Positions 63,559 through 64,000 of a stretch of 64,000 nt of DNA are shown here, piece by piece. Source of the DNA: the human T2T-CHM13v2.0 reference genome, Homo sapiens. Under the pieces are notes generated by a model that did not search any database, was not told where the DNA came from, and worked only from the letters and a program-made list of their open reading frames with translations. Numbering within the stretch: the stretch's first letter is position 1; the number at the start of each line of letters is the position of its first letter. The stretch is from the NCBI RefSeq assembly GCF_009914755.1, contig NC_060927.1. One strand, given 5' to 3'. The position numbers and the translations under genes are program-made.

Positions 63559-64000
63559 ACACACACATATATAATGTATATATATAATGACACACAGATA
63601 AATGTGTGTATATATGCACACACACACACAAATGCGTAAAGATGTGTGCATGTGTGAGTACACATATTATTTTGTAGCCCTTTCCACTGAGTGGGCCTAG
63701 AAGCAATGACATTTAGTAACAAGAGACACAGCACCCAAATCTTGGGTCTTAAATACCGTTCTCCAATAAAAGGAGCAGGGACTCCTTGGAGAAATAGTTG
63801 ATTCCAGTGAGGAGGCAAGGAAACTTCAAGATAAACCTGGAACATCTGACTCTACTTTTGTAGAGTCAGAAAGTAAGGAAGTGCTTATAAAATGATGGAG
63901 GCATGTTGAAAGAACACAGGCATCAGGTGAAGGAGCTCCCAACGGCCAAATCTAGGGCATTTGAGTAACAAAATAGAGTAATGAATTGTAATCCACAGAG

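Overview
Mammalian genomic DNA, recognisably human chr3q13.33-q21.1. The + strand carries the last three coding exons and 3' UTR of CASR (calcium-sensing receptor; 3421-3651, 9723-9846, 11297-12801). A ~39-kb repeat-rich intergenic region follows, containing an HNRNPA1 processed pseudogene (~45123-46718), and then exon 1 and most of intron 1 of CSTA (cystatin A; ATG at 52868). The rest is Alu, L1, L2, MIR, LTR (LTR8, LTR1, MER31, MLT1) and DNA-transposon relics. I found no new gene system. The most unusual signals are mutational fossils: (1) an L1PA flanked by a 225-bp direct duplication; (2) an 89-bp near-perfect inverted copy pasted into a MIR at a 7-bp microhomology; (3) a twin-primed inverted L1 in CASR intron 5; (4) two ultra-short polyA+TSD insertions with 15- and 19-nt bodies; (5) an Alu-spacer-Alu composite inside one TSD; (6) an HNRNPA1 retrocopy of the minor exon-7B isoform; (7) a possible ancient Gypsy gag relic just downstream of CASR; (8) a MIR-donated CASR polyA signal. 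Repeat subfamily names and most repeat boundaries are by eye and approximate.
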